Assembly: GCF_006345805.1 (NCBI RefSeq)
Contig: NC_043000.1
Location: 37,820,001 to 37,884,000, forward strand
Direction: 5' to 3'
Source of the DNA: Octopus sinensis
Lineage: Eukaryota
DNA length: 64,000 nucleotides
Shown piece by piece: positions 1 to 13,203 of the stretch. The notes beneath the pieces were generated by a model. It was not told the DNA's origin. It did no database searches and was given only the letters and a program-made list of their open reading frames with translations. Within the stretch, counting starts at the first letter, position 1, and each line of letters opens with the position of its first letter. The translations under genes and the position numbers were made by a program.

Positions 1-269
1 TTTTTTGGTATATCCCAGAGTATAGTTTCTTTCTTATTTTCTGTGACCTTTCCTGGCTTGTGCCTATACCAGCATTTTTTTTCTTGTTATTCCATAGTGT
101 TGGCATAATTACCAAGGTATGTAGATTCCTACTCTGTCGTGTCATATTTTATTCTAAAATATAACTCGTAAACCTGGATTCCCGTAAAGCGCCGTATTGC
201 TGTATTAAAATCGTATAGAACGAAATACGATGAGATATAATTTGTGGTAAGTAGATTCCACATACCTAT

Positions 270-499
270 TTCTTTACTACCCACAAGGGGCTAAACACAG
301 AAAGGATAAACAAGAACAGACAAACGGATTAAGTCGATTATATCAACCCCAGTGCGTAACTGGTACTTATCTAATCGACTTCAAAAGGATGAAAGGCAAA
401 GTGGACCTCGGCGGAATTTGATCTCAGAACGTAGCGGCAGACGAAATACTGCTAAGCATTTCGGCCGATGTTCTAACGTTTCTGCCAGCTCACCACCTT
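270..499 (-). mobile_element. tRNA-derived SINE family A (GGCGAGCTGGCAGAA head, Nin/Deu-like GTCGACTTTGCCTTTCATCC core)
   Basis: Similar to copies at 13530-13750 (+), 33920-34131 (-), 61505-61850 (+) and the 18.3-19.1 kb cluster. Confidence 0.8.
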
Positions 500-1011
500 A
501 GATTCCATATACCTCACACCAAAAGTTATCTCTATTCAACAACACCTATTTAAGAAAAGACAAGAATTGCAATAATTCACCTTGGAAATGGAGTTTGGCT
601 TATTGTTACTTTTATCTTCTTGTGAACATTTTTTAAATCGTAATACTTGATTCATTATTAATCGATCTTTTGATTCAAATACTTCCCGTTTCCCCGCCCT
701 TATATTACGATAGAACGTTTTAGATGATGTTGTATAGAACATGTGTCATCAAAATATGTTTCCTAAATTTCCTTTTCGCATTACGATTTGAAGCAGCCAA
801 TGGATTTGTAGGCCTCACTTGATCTCACATCTATTACATAGTTGCTACTACAAACAGAGACATCCTAAACCAAATAAAAAAAAGCAGCCACACATGATTG
901 ACTGGTAATAAAGTCACTCAAAGGCGCACTCTACCTCTAGCCACACTTGAGAGGCTGGAGAGCGCCTATGAGTGTCTTTAGGAGACGAGTAGACACCACC
1001 AAGAGTTCACT

Positions 1012-1175
1012 CCCAATTGTAACTGTCGAGAACTTGGAGCTTGCCCACTTTCCCAAGTGTGTATGATCAACCCCATCATAAATGAGGCAGCATTCACAGC
1101 AACGCTACATGATAAACTAACCGAAAAGAAGAATTACATCGGGTTGCGTGAGGGCGACTTTGAAAGATGGCACGT
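1012..1175 (+). mobile_element. Degenerate PLE GIY-YIG remnant of a second clade (CNCR..CPL..C type)
   Basis: In-frame upstream extension of ORF 1057 gives PNCNCRELGACPLSQVCMINPIINEAAF...KNYIGLREGDF. Confidence 0.65.
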
Positions 1176-1818
1176 CGACGAGGTTGGTGACACTGGGTCG
1201 GCTGGACACGTGCAGGGTTTTGGGACCAACTCCATGACACGTGCAATCAAGTGGAGAGCCGTCGAGAGATCCATGCATGTTGATGGATCTGGGAAGTGTA
1301 ACCTGTATGTTGTTTAGAGATCGCCACTGCACTGCTGAATTCCAGATCACAAATTTTTGGCTGGTGTTGCCATGGGGACAGTTCTCTTTTGGCGAGTTGA
1401 GGAGCATCCCCTTCTTCGGATTGGGCGACTGTATCGCGGACTTTCGACCACACTCCGTTGACTCATTCTACAGCAGCTAGCTTTATTATGGATTTACGGT
1501 TAGAGAGGACATACACCTAATTTTTTCTCTTCTCTTCTCTTTCCGTTTTGTTTTCAAAATCTCTTTATCTCTATGCACCTCCGTTCACTTCAGCCATGTA
1601 ATCCCACACGTACTTTTCGCGAGCTATTCTTTCCCTTCTCTCCAAATCTTTCCTCTCATCCAGGCTCGAAACGTCACATCCCTTCTTTTTTCAATCCTAC
1701 ACTGAGCGTCAAGCAAATAAATTCATGTTCCACGTGTACGTCATTTTCACTTTGTTTGATTTGGTATTTTAAATTTTAAATCTTCGATTTGCCTATATAT
1801 ATATATATATATATATAT

Positions 1819-1982
1819 ATCATCATCATCATCATCATTGTTCGACCGTGGTCGAGACAATGGAATTTACTATGTTACGCCAGACTTCACGGTCCATCAT
1901 AGCATTACGGAGGTCCTGTTGCTGGATGCCTGTATCCGTGGAGATTACATCAGGGTAGAAGAGTGTGCGCCCTCTGGTATTG
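1819..1982 (-). mobile_element. RTE-clade LINE 3' end with (TGA)n tail
   Basis: DLRNAMMDREVWRNIVNSIVSTTVEQ* followed by a trinucleotide tail. Confidence 0.7.
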
Positions 1983-2084
<102 letters not shown>

Positions 2085-2171
2085 GATATATATATATATA
2101 TATGTATTATATATATATATATATATAGATATATATATATATGTAATATATATATATATATCTATATATAT

Positions 2172-2248
<77 letters not shown>

Positions 2249-2265
2249 ATATATATATATATATA

Positions 2266-2299
<34 letters not shown>

Positions 2300-2306
<7 letters not shown>

Positions 2307-3224
2307 GTAAAAATAATACAGACATGGACAAGAACATGAAACACCAAAGAGACGACACAAGAACCACAGGACGGGACATTCGAAGCCCTCAGTCTTCAGT
2401 CAAGAACCAGATCATCTTAGCAATTTCGGCTGATTAATCTTGAGATTGCTCCGATTTGGCCAGCCCGCCAAGGGAAATCTAAGCCAAGCGCATTAGATCC
2501 CCTGGAAGAAAGCTTCGAATGTATACAACACAAGGACGGAAAACGAACGAAGTACACGAACAAAATACAGAATACGTGACACCAATAAGAATACAAAAAC
2601 GTAAAAACAATAACGGTAAAAATAAAAACAAAACAAAACCAGGACGTAGAACAAGGGTCTTTCGACAGGACGAGTTGAGTTTAGGGCTGGCTTATGAAGT
2701 TGTGCCTAATGGCCGCAGGGAGACGAACAAATACGTGTTGCTTCGGCGACTGCTGGAACGAAAAGGGCGCTCAGCAGTGGCTAGCGGTCACGTGAGAACA
2801 AAAGACAGGAGAAAGGGACAGATGAAAAGAGAGAGAAGGTGGACGAGGGAGGAGAAGAAAGAGACAGATCGAGGGGACTGGAGGTGAGAGAGATAGAGAA
2901 ACGTAGAAGGGGGGGAAAGACGGATGGAGAGGGAAAGAAAGGAAGGGGAATAAGGGAGGAGAGAGAGAGAGAGAAAGAGACAGATCAAGAGTCGTATCAA
3001 TGCTAGAGAAAAAATATACTTATCGTATAAGGACAATTGTGGATACGTAGCCGCCGATTATATAGGTAAACAGTAAAAATAATTACAGACATGGACAAGA
3101 ACATGAAACACCAAAGAGACGACACAAGAACCACAGGACGGGACATTCGAAGCCCTCAGTCTTCAGTCAAGAACCAGATCATCTTAGCAATTTCGGCTGA
3201 TTAATCTTGAGATTGCTCCGATTT
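2300..3224. mobile_element. Non-coding element with about 158-bp terminal direct repeats in (TA)n, PLE pLTR-like
   Basis: 2300-2457 and 3066-3224 differ by only one inserted base; period 766 bp. Confidence 0.6.
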
Positions 3225-3275
3225 ATATATATATATAGGCAAATCGAAGATTTAAAATTAAAAATACCAAATCAA

Positions 3276-3478
3276 CCAAAGTAGGTTTACAGTTATCACT
3301 TAGGCACTTTATATTTCTCTTAAAACATTTTATTACATTTAAATTTCTATCTTACAATTAACTAAATTAGCATGAAATATTGGTTTCATATTTTTTTCAT
3401 AATTAAGATCTAAACTGTAAATATATGAATGCGAAAGAGATAGTTGAATAACTGTAAACCTACTTTTGGGCCATCCTG

Positions 3479-3480
<2 letters not shown>
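3276..3480. mobile_element. Tc1/pogo-like MITE, left TIR truncated
   Basis: ccaaagtaggtttacagttat vs ataactgtaaacctacttttgggccatcctg+TA. Confidence 0.5.
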
Positions 3481-3511
<31 letters not shown>

Positions 3512-4381
3512 TATATATTATATATATATATAATATTCGATTGGAATAGCCATGTTAAAGTGGCTACAAATATTGTCAGTACAACAACTGCGTTGATCTC
3601 TTAGAGAGATTTTAGAACTAGCATTTTTACCTTTATATATATATAAATATATACATACATAGATAAATAGGCCTCTTATGTAGTTTGTGGACAGCTCAGG
3701 GGTACTTCATTCAAGAGGTAAGAGGCAAAAGCAAACGTGTTCCTGACCATCACAAAGTGGACGTGAAGCTGATGATAATTTTCTTTCGAAAATACGAAAT
3801 AGGAATTCTTATTCGAAGTTGTTACTACGAAACTAAAGGTCACATTCAGATAAATGTCCTCTTGCAGGCATGTTGAATTATACAATCTATTTTTAATACA
3901 CTTGAGATTGTTCCCCAAACACTCTTTAGCAACTTAATTTATAGTTTGAGCAGTTAGCAATATTTACAGATTTATTTGTAATGTTTAAAAATAATCGCTT
4001 ACAGTTGATTGCATCGCTGTTTTACATATTGCAGTGGCAGGTTGTAAGGAAACAACAAAACTTCTTTTCACAACATGCATGAATGGAATTATGAAATGTG
4101 TGCCTATATCTGGTTTAAAGTAGAGTTTTTGAGAAAACATCGATCATCAATATCAATGAGTGTGCGATTGTGTTTGTGTGCTTATGTATATATATATGAA
4201 TATATAAATACACACCCACCCACACCCACACACACATGTATATGTACGATGTGTGCATGTACGTTTACATACATATGTGTCTGTGTCTGTATATTCATAT
4301 ATGCATATATACATATATACATATATATGCATATATGTATATATATATATACGCATATATATATATATATGTTTATGCATT

Positions 4382-4414
<33 letters not shown>

Positions 4415-4536
4415 GCATGTAAATATATAAATACATGTATATATAGATATAAACACTAAATATACATATGTATTACACATGCACATGTATATATTTTATA
4501 TATATGCGTTGTGTGTACATGTGTAATATATAGTAT

Positions 4537-4608
<72 letters not shown>

Positions 4609-4631
4609 ATATACATACATACATGCATATG

Positions 4632-4665
<34 letters not shown>

Positions 4666-5219
4666 GGTGTGTATGTGTGTATTCTGCAGACATATTAAAG
4701 CTATTCTCTCTGTCGGAATCATCTTATGTCAAGTGTAGTTTTATTGATGGCTTAAAACAAAAAAGTAGATTTATACTTTTATATTTTATTTTTATTCTTT
4801 TTTTTTAATCTTATTTTCATTCCTTGCTTCGTTTTGTAAACGATATTCAAAAAATTATAACCAACGATTGGGATCTCTAACTTTATTTGCTTGTTTTGTT
4901 CATTATTCTTTATTCCTTATTCTTCTTCTTTTTTTTTTTTTTGATTTAATCAAGCAGTTTCAGATTTTCACATATATTTTGAAGCACAAAATGGTGCCGC
5001 AGTCGAGGGTGTGGGGCATGGCGTGGTCGAGCCGACAACAGATTTCTACTGACAATATTGTCAGGGGGAAAAGCAGGTTTTGCGGGTTCTCTGCTGCTTT
5101 CATAATGGTTTCCCTTTATTCTTTCGCTTTCGATATCGTCATCGATAACAACTTGACGATGGATTTTATTAATCTAACATTATTTCTGCTTCGTTCAGTT
5201 AATATTATTATTGCTGCTG

Positions 5220-5257
<38 letters not shown>

Positions 5258-5682
5258 GTTGTTGTTGTTGTTGTTGTTGTTGTTCATAATTGTTACACAT
5301 GTTATTGTACAGCCAATCATTATCAATAAATTTTCGAAGTTTTTCTTCTATTTTTTTTTTGTATATATGGCCATTTTCTTTATTGTAATTACCATTATCC
5401 GAATCCTTACCACTATCATCATCATCATCATCATAAGCAGCAGCAGCAGCAACAGTAGCGGTAGCACCAACCACCACCACCACCGCTACCACCACCCTTC
5501 TGATCGTTGCTGTCGCTTTTTCTTCGTATATTCCTGTTATTTTGTTACTTTCAAAGATGATATCAACATCAACAATTTAATTTCGTTTCTGTAAATTGAT
5601 TGCTGTCAAAGATAACGTGGGATTCCCGCTGTTATCGCCGCCGCCGCCACGTGTGCCTACATACACACGCACGCACGCATAC

Positions 5683-5729
<47 letters not shown>

Positions 5730-5911
5730 CATTTTTTATATATATGCGTGTGTGTATATGTGCTTGTGTATGTATGTTTGAATAAAATTTACACTTATCT
5801 TTAATCTCTTCAATTGTTAACAGCCCAACGTATATAACAAAACCAGTTCTCTTTATCTCGTTACGTGCATATATTCATATGTATGTATAAGTCTATGTTT
5901 GTATATATATA

Positions 5912-5960
<49 letters not shown>

Positions 5961-6260
5961 ATATATTATAATATATATAATATATACTATATATATATAT
6001 AGCATGTATAAGTGTATATATGTACATATATATATATTTATATGTATATATATATATGCATATATATATAAATATATACATGTGTATATATGTATATATA
6101 TATATATATATATGTATGTATAAATGCATATATATAAATGTATATATATGTGTATATATGTATGTATGCAGGTGTGTGTGTGAGGGTATGAGTGTGTGTA
6201 AATGTGTACTCTCATAAATGTGTATATTTGTTTATATAAGCATTTATGTGTATATATGAG

Positions 6261-6318
<58 letters not shown>

Positions 6319-7028
6319 CGTGATTGTAAAAAAAAAGAAGCTTTTTTATTCTTTTTTGGCAATCCCTTCAGTTTTTGGTTGTAATCTTCATCATTAAGCT
6401 CTTTACTGGTAACTGAAGTCCGTCTTTTTTTTATATTCTTTTGATATCCACATTTAGAATATGTTTATGTTTGGAGAAAAATCGAAGTGCATCGGTCGAA
6501 GTTTTCAATATTTTCTGTACTTTAAATATTCATAAATGACCTTAATTATCATTCTGCTTAATATCCAGTTAATAAATGGCTTAATATCTTGCTAGAAATC
6601 TATTCGCATGACCAATGTCCACGAATAATTTGTTGATGGCTTGTGATTTGAGAAGCTGTTTCCACGTCAAGGAAGATCTGGCTGACAAGGTCATCCATCA
6701 TCGTCGATCCATCTGCTTCTTTTCCTTTGGGAAACACTTCAAATAATTCGTTATCGTTGTTCTTATTGTTTAACCCGGATCAGCTCTGAGTGAGCAGGTT
6801 TAGTCATACACAGTCAAGCCTAGGCGCAGCCGTAGCTGTGTGTGGTAATAAGTTTGTTTCCTATCTTCATGGTTCTGGGTTCAGTCCCACTAAGTGGCAC
6901 CTTGGGAGAGGGCCTTCTACTATAACTTGGGATGACCAAAGCCTTGTATGTGTGTGGATTTGTTGGACGAGAACTGAAAGAAGCCCGTTGTATGCATACA
7001 TACATACATACATACGTATATATATATA

Positions 7029-7061
7029 TTTCCGACGAAGAGCTCCGCTCGAAACGTTAAA
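7029..7061 (+). ncRNA. Minimal hammerhead-like motif, U4C core variant
   Basis: UUU-CCGACGA-A-GAGC(UCC)GCUC-GAAA-C-GUU^AAA. Confidence 0.5.
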
Positions 7062-7587
7062 CCCTCCTTCTTCCCTTCCTGAGCGTCCAATAATACTTTA
7101 TTTGTTCCACGTCCTCGCGTTGCTGTTTTTTTTTTTTTTTTTGTGTTTTCTTGTTTGGATTAACTTTATATACCGCACGCTCACACGGATACTGAGTGCC
7201 ATGGATACCAATTCCTGGATTTTTACACCTACGGATTACTGTTACCATTCTTCCGGAGTACGCCACTGAAATCGTGATTGGAAATCAAAAGAATCTGTCC
7301 GTGACTCTACAATAACTTTTTTCCTCGAACTTTTTTTCTCGTACTTTTTCCCTCTTTACCTTTCTTCTTCTACCTCCATTTTTCCACTTGTGTCGCCACC
7401 ACTTACACCTACACAAGCATTCACCACTTCTCAACATGCCTGACTTGCACTCGTTCATCCAACACCTTCAATAAAAAACATTATTCTTCCACCTTTCTAC
7501 TTCCGGTCTTTCAATATGTGACCTCGTGTGTACCGCTGCCGATTTTTTTCCTCTGTCTTCCCTTCTCGGGATCTTTCCTTCTCCTAT

Positions 7588-7622
7588 GTTTCCGACGAAA
7601 AGCTCCTCTCGAAACGTTAAAC
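7588..7622 (+). ncRNA. Degenerate tandem copy of the 7029 hammerhead-like motif
   Basis: GUUU-CCGACGA-A-AAGC(UCC)UCUC-GAAA-C-GUU^AAAC; stem II carries two mismatches. Confidence 0.35.
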
Positions 7623-7822
7623 CCTGCTTCTTCCCTTCCTGAGCGTCCAATAATACATTATTTGTTCCACGTCTTCGAGTTGCTGTGTTTTTTTTGTTTT
7701 TTTTTGTGTTTTCTTGTTTGGATTAACTATATATATAAATTAAATAACGAGGGTTTTAATTGATATTAACCAATTAAAACCAGTGGCTTAGCATATCTAA
7801 AAAATCCGATAATTAAAAATTA

Positions 7823-9113
7823 CGAGGGGCGTTCAATAAGTAATGCCCCTGACCCACTTCCCATAGCAGTAGAGCAACGAAACTTGGCACAGTTATTAGT
7901 CTTTTTCTACATAGGAACCACCCAGAGTAACGCATTTCTCCCATCGTTTGATGCGGCTCTGGAGACCGTTTTTGTAGAAGAACCCAGCTTGGTCCTCCAA
8001 CCTCGACGTGACTTCAGAAATCAAGGCTGCATCATCTGTGAAACGCTTTCCTTTCAAAAACAACTTCATGATTGGGAAGAGGTGAAAATCAGAGGGTGCA
8101 AGGTCAGGAAAGTAGGGGGGATGGGGAGGAGTTCATAGCCATACGCCTGTGCTTCTGATCTGGCGACAAGCGAGTTGTGGACCGGAGCGTTGTCCTGCAG
8201 GAGGAGGATGCCTTTGCTGATCTTGCCCCGCCTCTTGATTTTGATAACTTCTCTTAATTTCCTCAAAAGTGAAGCATAATAGGCTCCTGCAATTGTGGTA
8301 CCCTTTGCCAGGAAATCTGTCATCACTACTCCGTCCTGGTCCCAGAAGACTGTGAGCATGATCTTGTCAGCGGAGGGCTGCACCCTTGCCTTCTTTGGAG
8401 GGGGTGAGTCACGGTGCTACCACTGAATTGACTGGGCTTTGGTCTCTGGATCATCGTGATGGACCCAGGTTTCATCCTGTGTAATCAGTCTTTTGAAAAA
8501 TTTTGACTCATCTTCTTGGCACATCTCCAAATTCACCTTCGAGCACTCGACGCGTTCTTGCTTCTGGAAAGGCGTGAGCAGCCTGGGAATCCATCTGGCA
8601 GACACCTTTTGCATATGCAAATGGTCATGAATGATAGTTTCCACAGACCCGGTACTAATCTTGACCTCATGGGCTATTTGGCGAATAATTATGCGTCGAT
8701 CTTCCAAAATGGCAGCCTTAACTTGACGGACAGATGCCTCATCAATGGCAGAAGGGGGCGACCAGATCTGGGAGCTGTTTCCACAGAGTTCCGACCATGT
8801 TTGAATTCACGATGCCAGCGTTTTACAAGGTCATATGATGGGGCATCATCACCATAAGTTACTTTCATTTCATCAAAAGTCTCCCATGGTGTGCGTCCTT
8901 TCAAATACAAAATCCGGATCACTGCTCGACACTCAACAGGCTCCATTTCACACTTGACTCAGTTCAAACACCTGTAAATCAGAAACCACAATTATTTCAG
9001 ATCTGTAATTTGCCACTTACTCTATAGAGATATACATAATTGTACATGCAAAATTTCAGCTAGATCAAACAACTGCAAGTGGGTCAGAGGCATTACTTTT
9101 TGAACGTCCCTCG
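7823..9113 (-). mobile_element. Full-length inactive mariner (irritans/Hsmar2-like), 1291 bp
   Basis: 37-bp TIRs (cgaggggcgttcaataagtaatgcccctgacccactt, 3 mismatches) with TA duplication. Transposase pieces MEPVECRAVI..RSGRP, WIPRLLT, TQDETWVHH, QDNAPVH; two frameshifts and one stop. Confidence 0.95.
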
Positions 9114-9743
9114 TATATTACATACAAAATTAAGAGGAATGACCACGAAGGTGGACACCTAATATGCTAAAGATAGACCTCAAATCACCTTACCACGAAG
9201 AGTGTATTCTCAAGAAAAATTTAAACAAAACGCCAGAATGTTAAAATGAGCAAGACAAATGAAAATATACAAAATAAAAAACGATCACCAACGATTGGTT
9301 TCGTTTGTTAATATTTACGAATGTAAATATCTGCAAACTCATCGGTGTAGTCTGTCGCTTACAAAACACAATTTCCAGAGCCAGACACAGAATGCTCACC
9401 CGAAAGAGAGCATATATAAAGATCTGCAAATTACATTTGGGGGTATTTTTCACAGGTCTTCATTTTGGTGCACTGAGGCTGGAAATAACTCTGCAGTTAA
9501 TAAATTTCTGCAGCTAATTTACCGGTTAGAGAACATTTCTATTTAAAAATTAAATAATGAGGGTAGAAACTGATATTAATCAATTAAAACCGGTGGCTTG
9601 GCGTATTTAAAAAATCCCAAGATTAACAATAATATTACATACAAAATTAGGAGGATGATCAACGAGGTGGACACCTAATATGCTAAAGATAGACGTCAAA
9701 TCGCCTTAGCATATTAGGTGTCCACCTTGGTGGTCATTCCTCT

Positions 9744-9805
<62 letters not shown>

Positions 9806-10041
9806 TTACGGAGATAAACTTGCATAGCAAGTGGCCTGATCTGAGAACGTGTGGTGAAACGAAAACAATTGTAGCGTGGAAGGTGTTTATAGGCTGCATA
9901 TGCAGCATGAAATTTTGTCAGTGAACAGGTCGCGGTCTCAGACGAAAATATTTTGGCAAATTAAATTTAAATGTTGAAGTGAATCTAACGGTTTTTGTGT
10001 GTTTCTTAAATGGCTTATAAACACCTTCCACGCTGCAATTG

Positions 10042-10093
<52 letters not shown>

Positions 10094-11447
10094 GTATATA
10101 TATATACACACACATATATATATATATATATATACATATTATATATACATATATATATATATATATACACTCACACATATTTATGACTATCATCCTGGTG
10201 TATACCAACAATACATACATACATATATATATATATAATATATATATTATATATATATATATATATTATATATAATAAAGATATAAACAGAATTAAAAAT
10301 ATAATTATAATTAAGTGCTACTGGATGTGACCAGCATTCTACGCTTGAAGTAGATGTCAAATACTTACAATCCACTCTAAGATATGTTCTCTACATTCAA
10401 CCACAAGCCACTGATATAATCATTTTTTGATTATATCCTTATTTTATAAATATGAATAATTTTAGTTTTGAATTCAGTATATTATTATGCGGGACAGCAT
10501 TTACCTCGTACTAGTTCTGACATCAACCGTATGGCCAAGATGGGCAGAAGATGGAATGTATACACGGGAAATGCGTGTATGCATTGGTATCTATGGATGT
10601 ATTTATCGGTGGGCACACGTATTTCTCGTTTATATGTATTTGGTAAACTTCTGCTGATGAATGCAGAGTAAATTCTTGCGGAGCATGAAATCTCTAGGTA
10701 TAGAGTTATCCAAAAAAGATTCTTGTATATTTTCTCGCTCATTTCCTCGCGTTCGACCTGTGGTTAAATATAGAGAGCATATCTTAGAGTGGATTGTAGG
10801 TATTTGACATCTACTTCTAGAGTAGGCTGCTGATCACATCCAGTAGCCCTTAATTACAATTATATTTTATAATTATTTTCTTTTAAAATTTAGTTTTACC
10901 TATACGGCCACTCTTATGTGGTAGTTCACTGATATAATCCTGTTCTGATTATATCCGTATTCTATATGTAGGCGCAGTTACCTCCCCTGACCGTAGGTGT
11001 CTGAATAGCTCACCACTAAGTGGCACAGCATGTAACTCTGAGGTTGCGGCACTTAGCCCTATCTCCTTGTCATCGCAACAGCAGTGTGCGAGGATATGAC
11101 TTCATTAGCTCTTGCATAAAGCATGCATAAGGCAGCTAATAGACAGTGAGCAGCTATGACGTAGGATGCACAGAAGCAGGACATGGCCTTTCGCTTGTAA
11201 ATATCTTTCGTGATTTATTCAACTTGTATATATTTGTGACCGGGAGTAAAAGCATTTAAAAGCTACAGTTTGGTTCTGTGGATATTCATTGTACAGTGTT
11301 CTTTCTTCCAATGACATCTTCTATTCCAGCTTTCTGAACGGAGTCGTTATTACATGGTTTCACCACGTGGCACCACGACCATGTAAATATATGTATATAT
11401 ATATATATATATAAACAAAAATGCTAGTTTTAAAATCTCAGTGAGTG

Positions 11448-11485
<38 letters not shown>

Positions 11486-11571
11486 AGAGTTTACGAAAAA
11501 AACAAAAGACGAAGACAGGTGGTGTCAAAACAAACAGATGTATTTGTATAACGCCCAGGAGTAGAAAAAGT

Positions 11572-11607
11572 CTTTTACGTTTCGAGCCTACGCTCATCTA
11601 CAGAAAG
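11572..11607 (-). ncRNA. Minimal hammerhead-like motif, A6U core variant
   Basis: CUUU-CUGUAGA-U-GAGC(GUAG)GCUC-GAAA-C-GUA^AAAG. Confidence 0.5.
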
Positions 11608-13050
11608 GGACACAGAAAAACAAGGAGAAAAATAATGTGGGTTGTGGCTAACAAGCTATCATGGCAGCCGGTGAAAGACCGCTGTACCTGTGTGGCCACT
11701 AAAACAGTTGGAGTCGTGGCGTTTGAGACTTTCATGTCAGCAATCCAATTTGTGAACCACAATGGTCGTATGTATTTCCTACATGCTTCTGTTATCAATA
11801 CTAAAGATAAGGGCTCATGTTAGTTTTTCATAGGAAAGCTTTCGTTAATTTCTCCTTAGTATCGTATAAATGATGCATTGCCGCTTATGATCTGTTTCAG
11901 GAGATGTTTTTCTAGATTTAGAATGGATTTTATTCAAATAATACGCTTACAAAATTCACGTGAAGCATATGTGAAGTTTTATTATACACGTTGACTGAAA
12001 TCGCTATTGCACAAACACACACACACACGCACACACAAACACACACACGTACACATACACGTACACACACACGTACGTACACATACGCGTACTCACACAC
12101 ATACACACACACGCAAACACACAATACATATAATTGCATATATATACGTAAATATGTATATATAATATATGCTTGTATATGTATGTGCGCGCGTGTGTGT
12201 ACGAATGTATGTATGCGTATGTGTATCGGTAATGTTGTATGGATGACGATTTGTATCTTTGTCGCCTTTTACTTTATCCTTATATATATAAGATTTCATT
12301 TCTGTTTTATGTAAACAGACGTGATGTATCTGTAGGAAGAATATTTGACAGATTACCAAACACTAACTGCCTAGGAATCGAACTCGAGTCACTACGCTTG
12401 GACGTAAAACTGAACAACAACAAAATTAGGGTGCTGTCAATATTTGATAACGTCAGCAAATGTGTGAACACTCAAATCGACAGACCTAGCAGGTGATTAA
12501 ATCATTAAATATCAGTTGTGTAAGCATCATAGGGGTTACCAACAATTTCATCTTTTGGCACTTTTTTCTTTGAAAGTCATTCATCCTCTGACTCGGTAGT
12601 GTCCGTATGTCAGCCAGAAGGACATCGATAGTGGTCATGATAAAGCTTAAGTCTGTCAACTGCTAGAATCCACACAACGACGACTGCTATCTTTACTGAA
12701 TCGGCATCTCATTCAAACAGCTGAACTGCTAAACTTGGTGTAAATATTTCTTTTCTGTCTTTTGCACTTACGGCATATTGTTTTGTTAAAACTAAATAGA
12801 TATTTTGTATTTGCAACATCATACAGGGTTCTTATTCTTCCTTCTCGATCAAAGTTTTATCTTCGTTACTCTGGTCACGACCAAAAACAAAATCTTTATG
12901 TCAAGATATCGAGCAGATTATAATTCAAAAGAAGTACTCAATGCATGATAAATGTAGAGTCAATATGTCTTTATTCTCGAAGTAATATCTGACAACAATA
13001 CAGTTGTTTCAATATATTTCTGTATCACACAAAGTACCTTTGAAAAAGCA

Positions 13051-13203
13051 CAGTAATGTATTGATGGTACTCTGAGACTGGAGACCTTACAACAGAGAAA
13101 ATACAGAGATGTATTGACGGTACTCTCGGACCGGAGACCTTACAACAGGAAATATACAGTAATGTATTAATGGTACTCTTGGACCAGAGACCTTACAACA
13201 GAG
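13051..13203 (+). repeat. 53-bp minisatellite x3
   Basis: Units start at 13051, 13104 and 13157 (cagtaatgtattgatggtactc..gagaccttacaacag). Confidence 0.85.

Noticed and set aside
2365-2520. Hammerhead-like strings (CUGAAGA..CGAAUGUC; CUCAAGA..CAGCCGAAA; CUGGAAGA..CGAAUGUA)
   Set aside because: They lack either GAAA or a pairable stem II, so they are at most decayed relics.
4868-5329. 153-aa plus-strand ORF as a gene
   Set aside because: Starts at TTG, is largely T-rich and trinucleotide-repeat sequence, and has no recognisable domain.
6560-6770. Possible RTE C-terminal remnant on minus (KRSRWIDDD..)
   Set aside because: Similarity is too short and interrupted by stops to support a call.
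13051-13203. CRISPR-like array (also considered for the 18.3-19.2 kb SINE cluster)
   Set aside because: No unique spacers or cas genes, and the context is eukaryotic; these are a minisatellite and SINEs.
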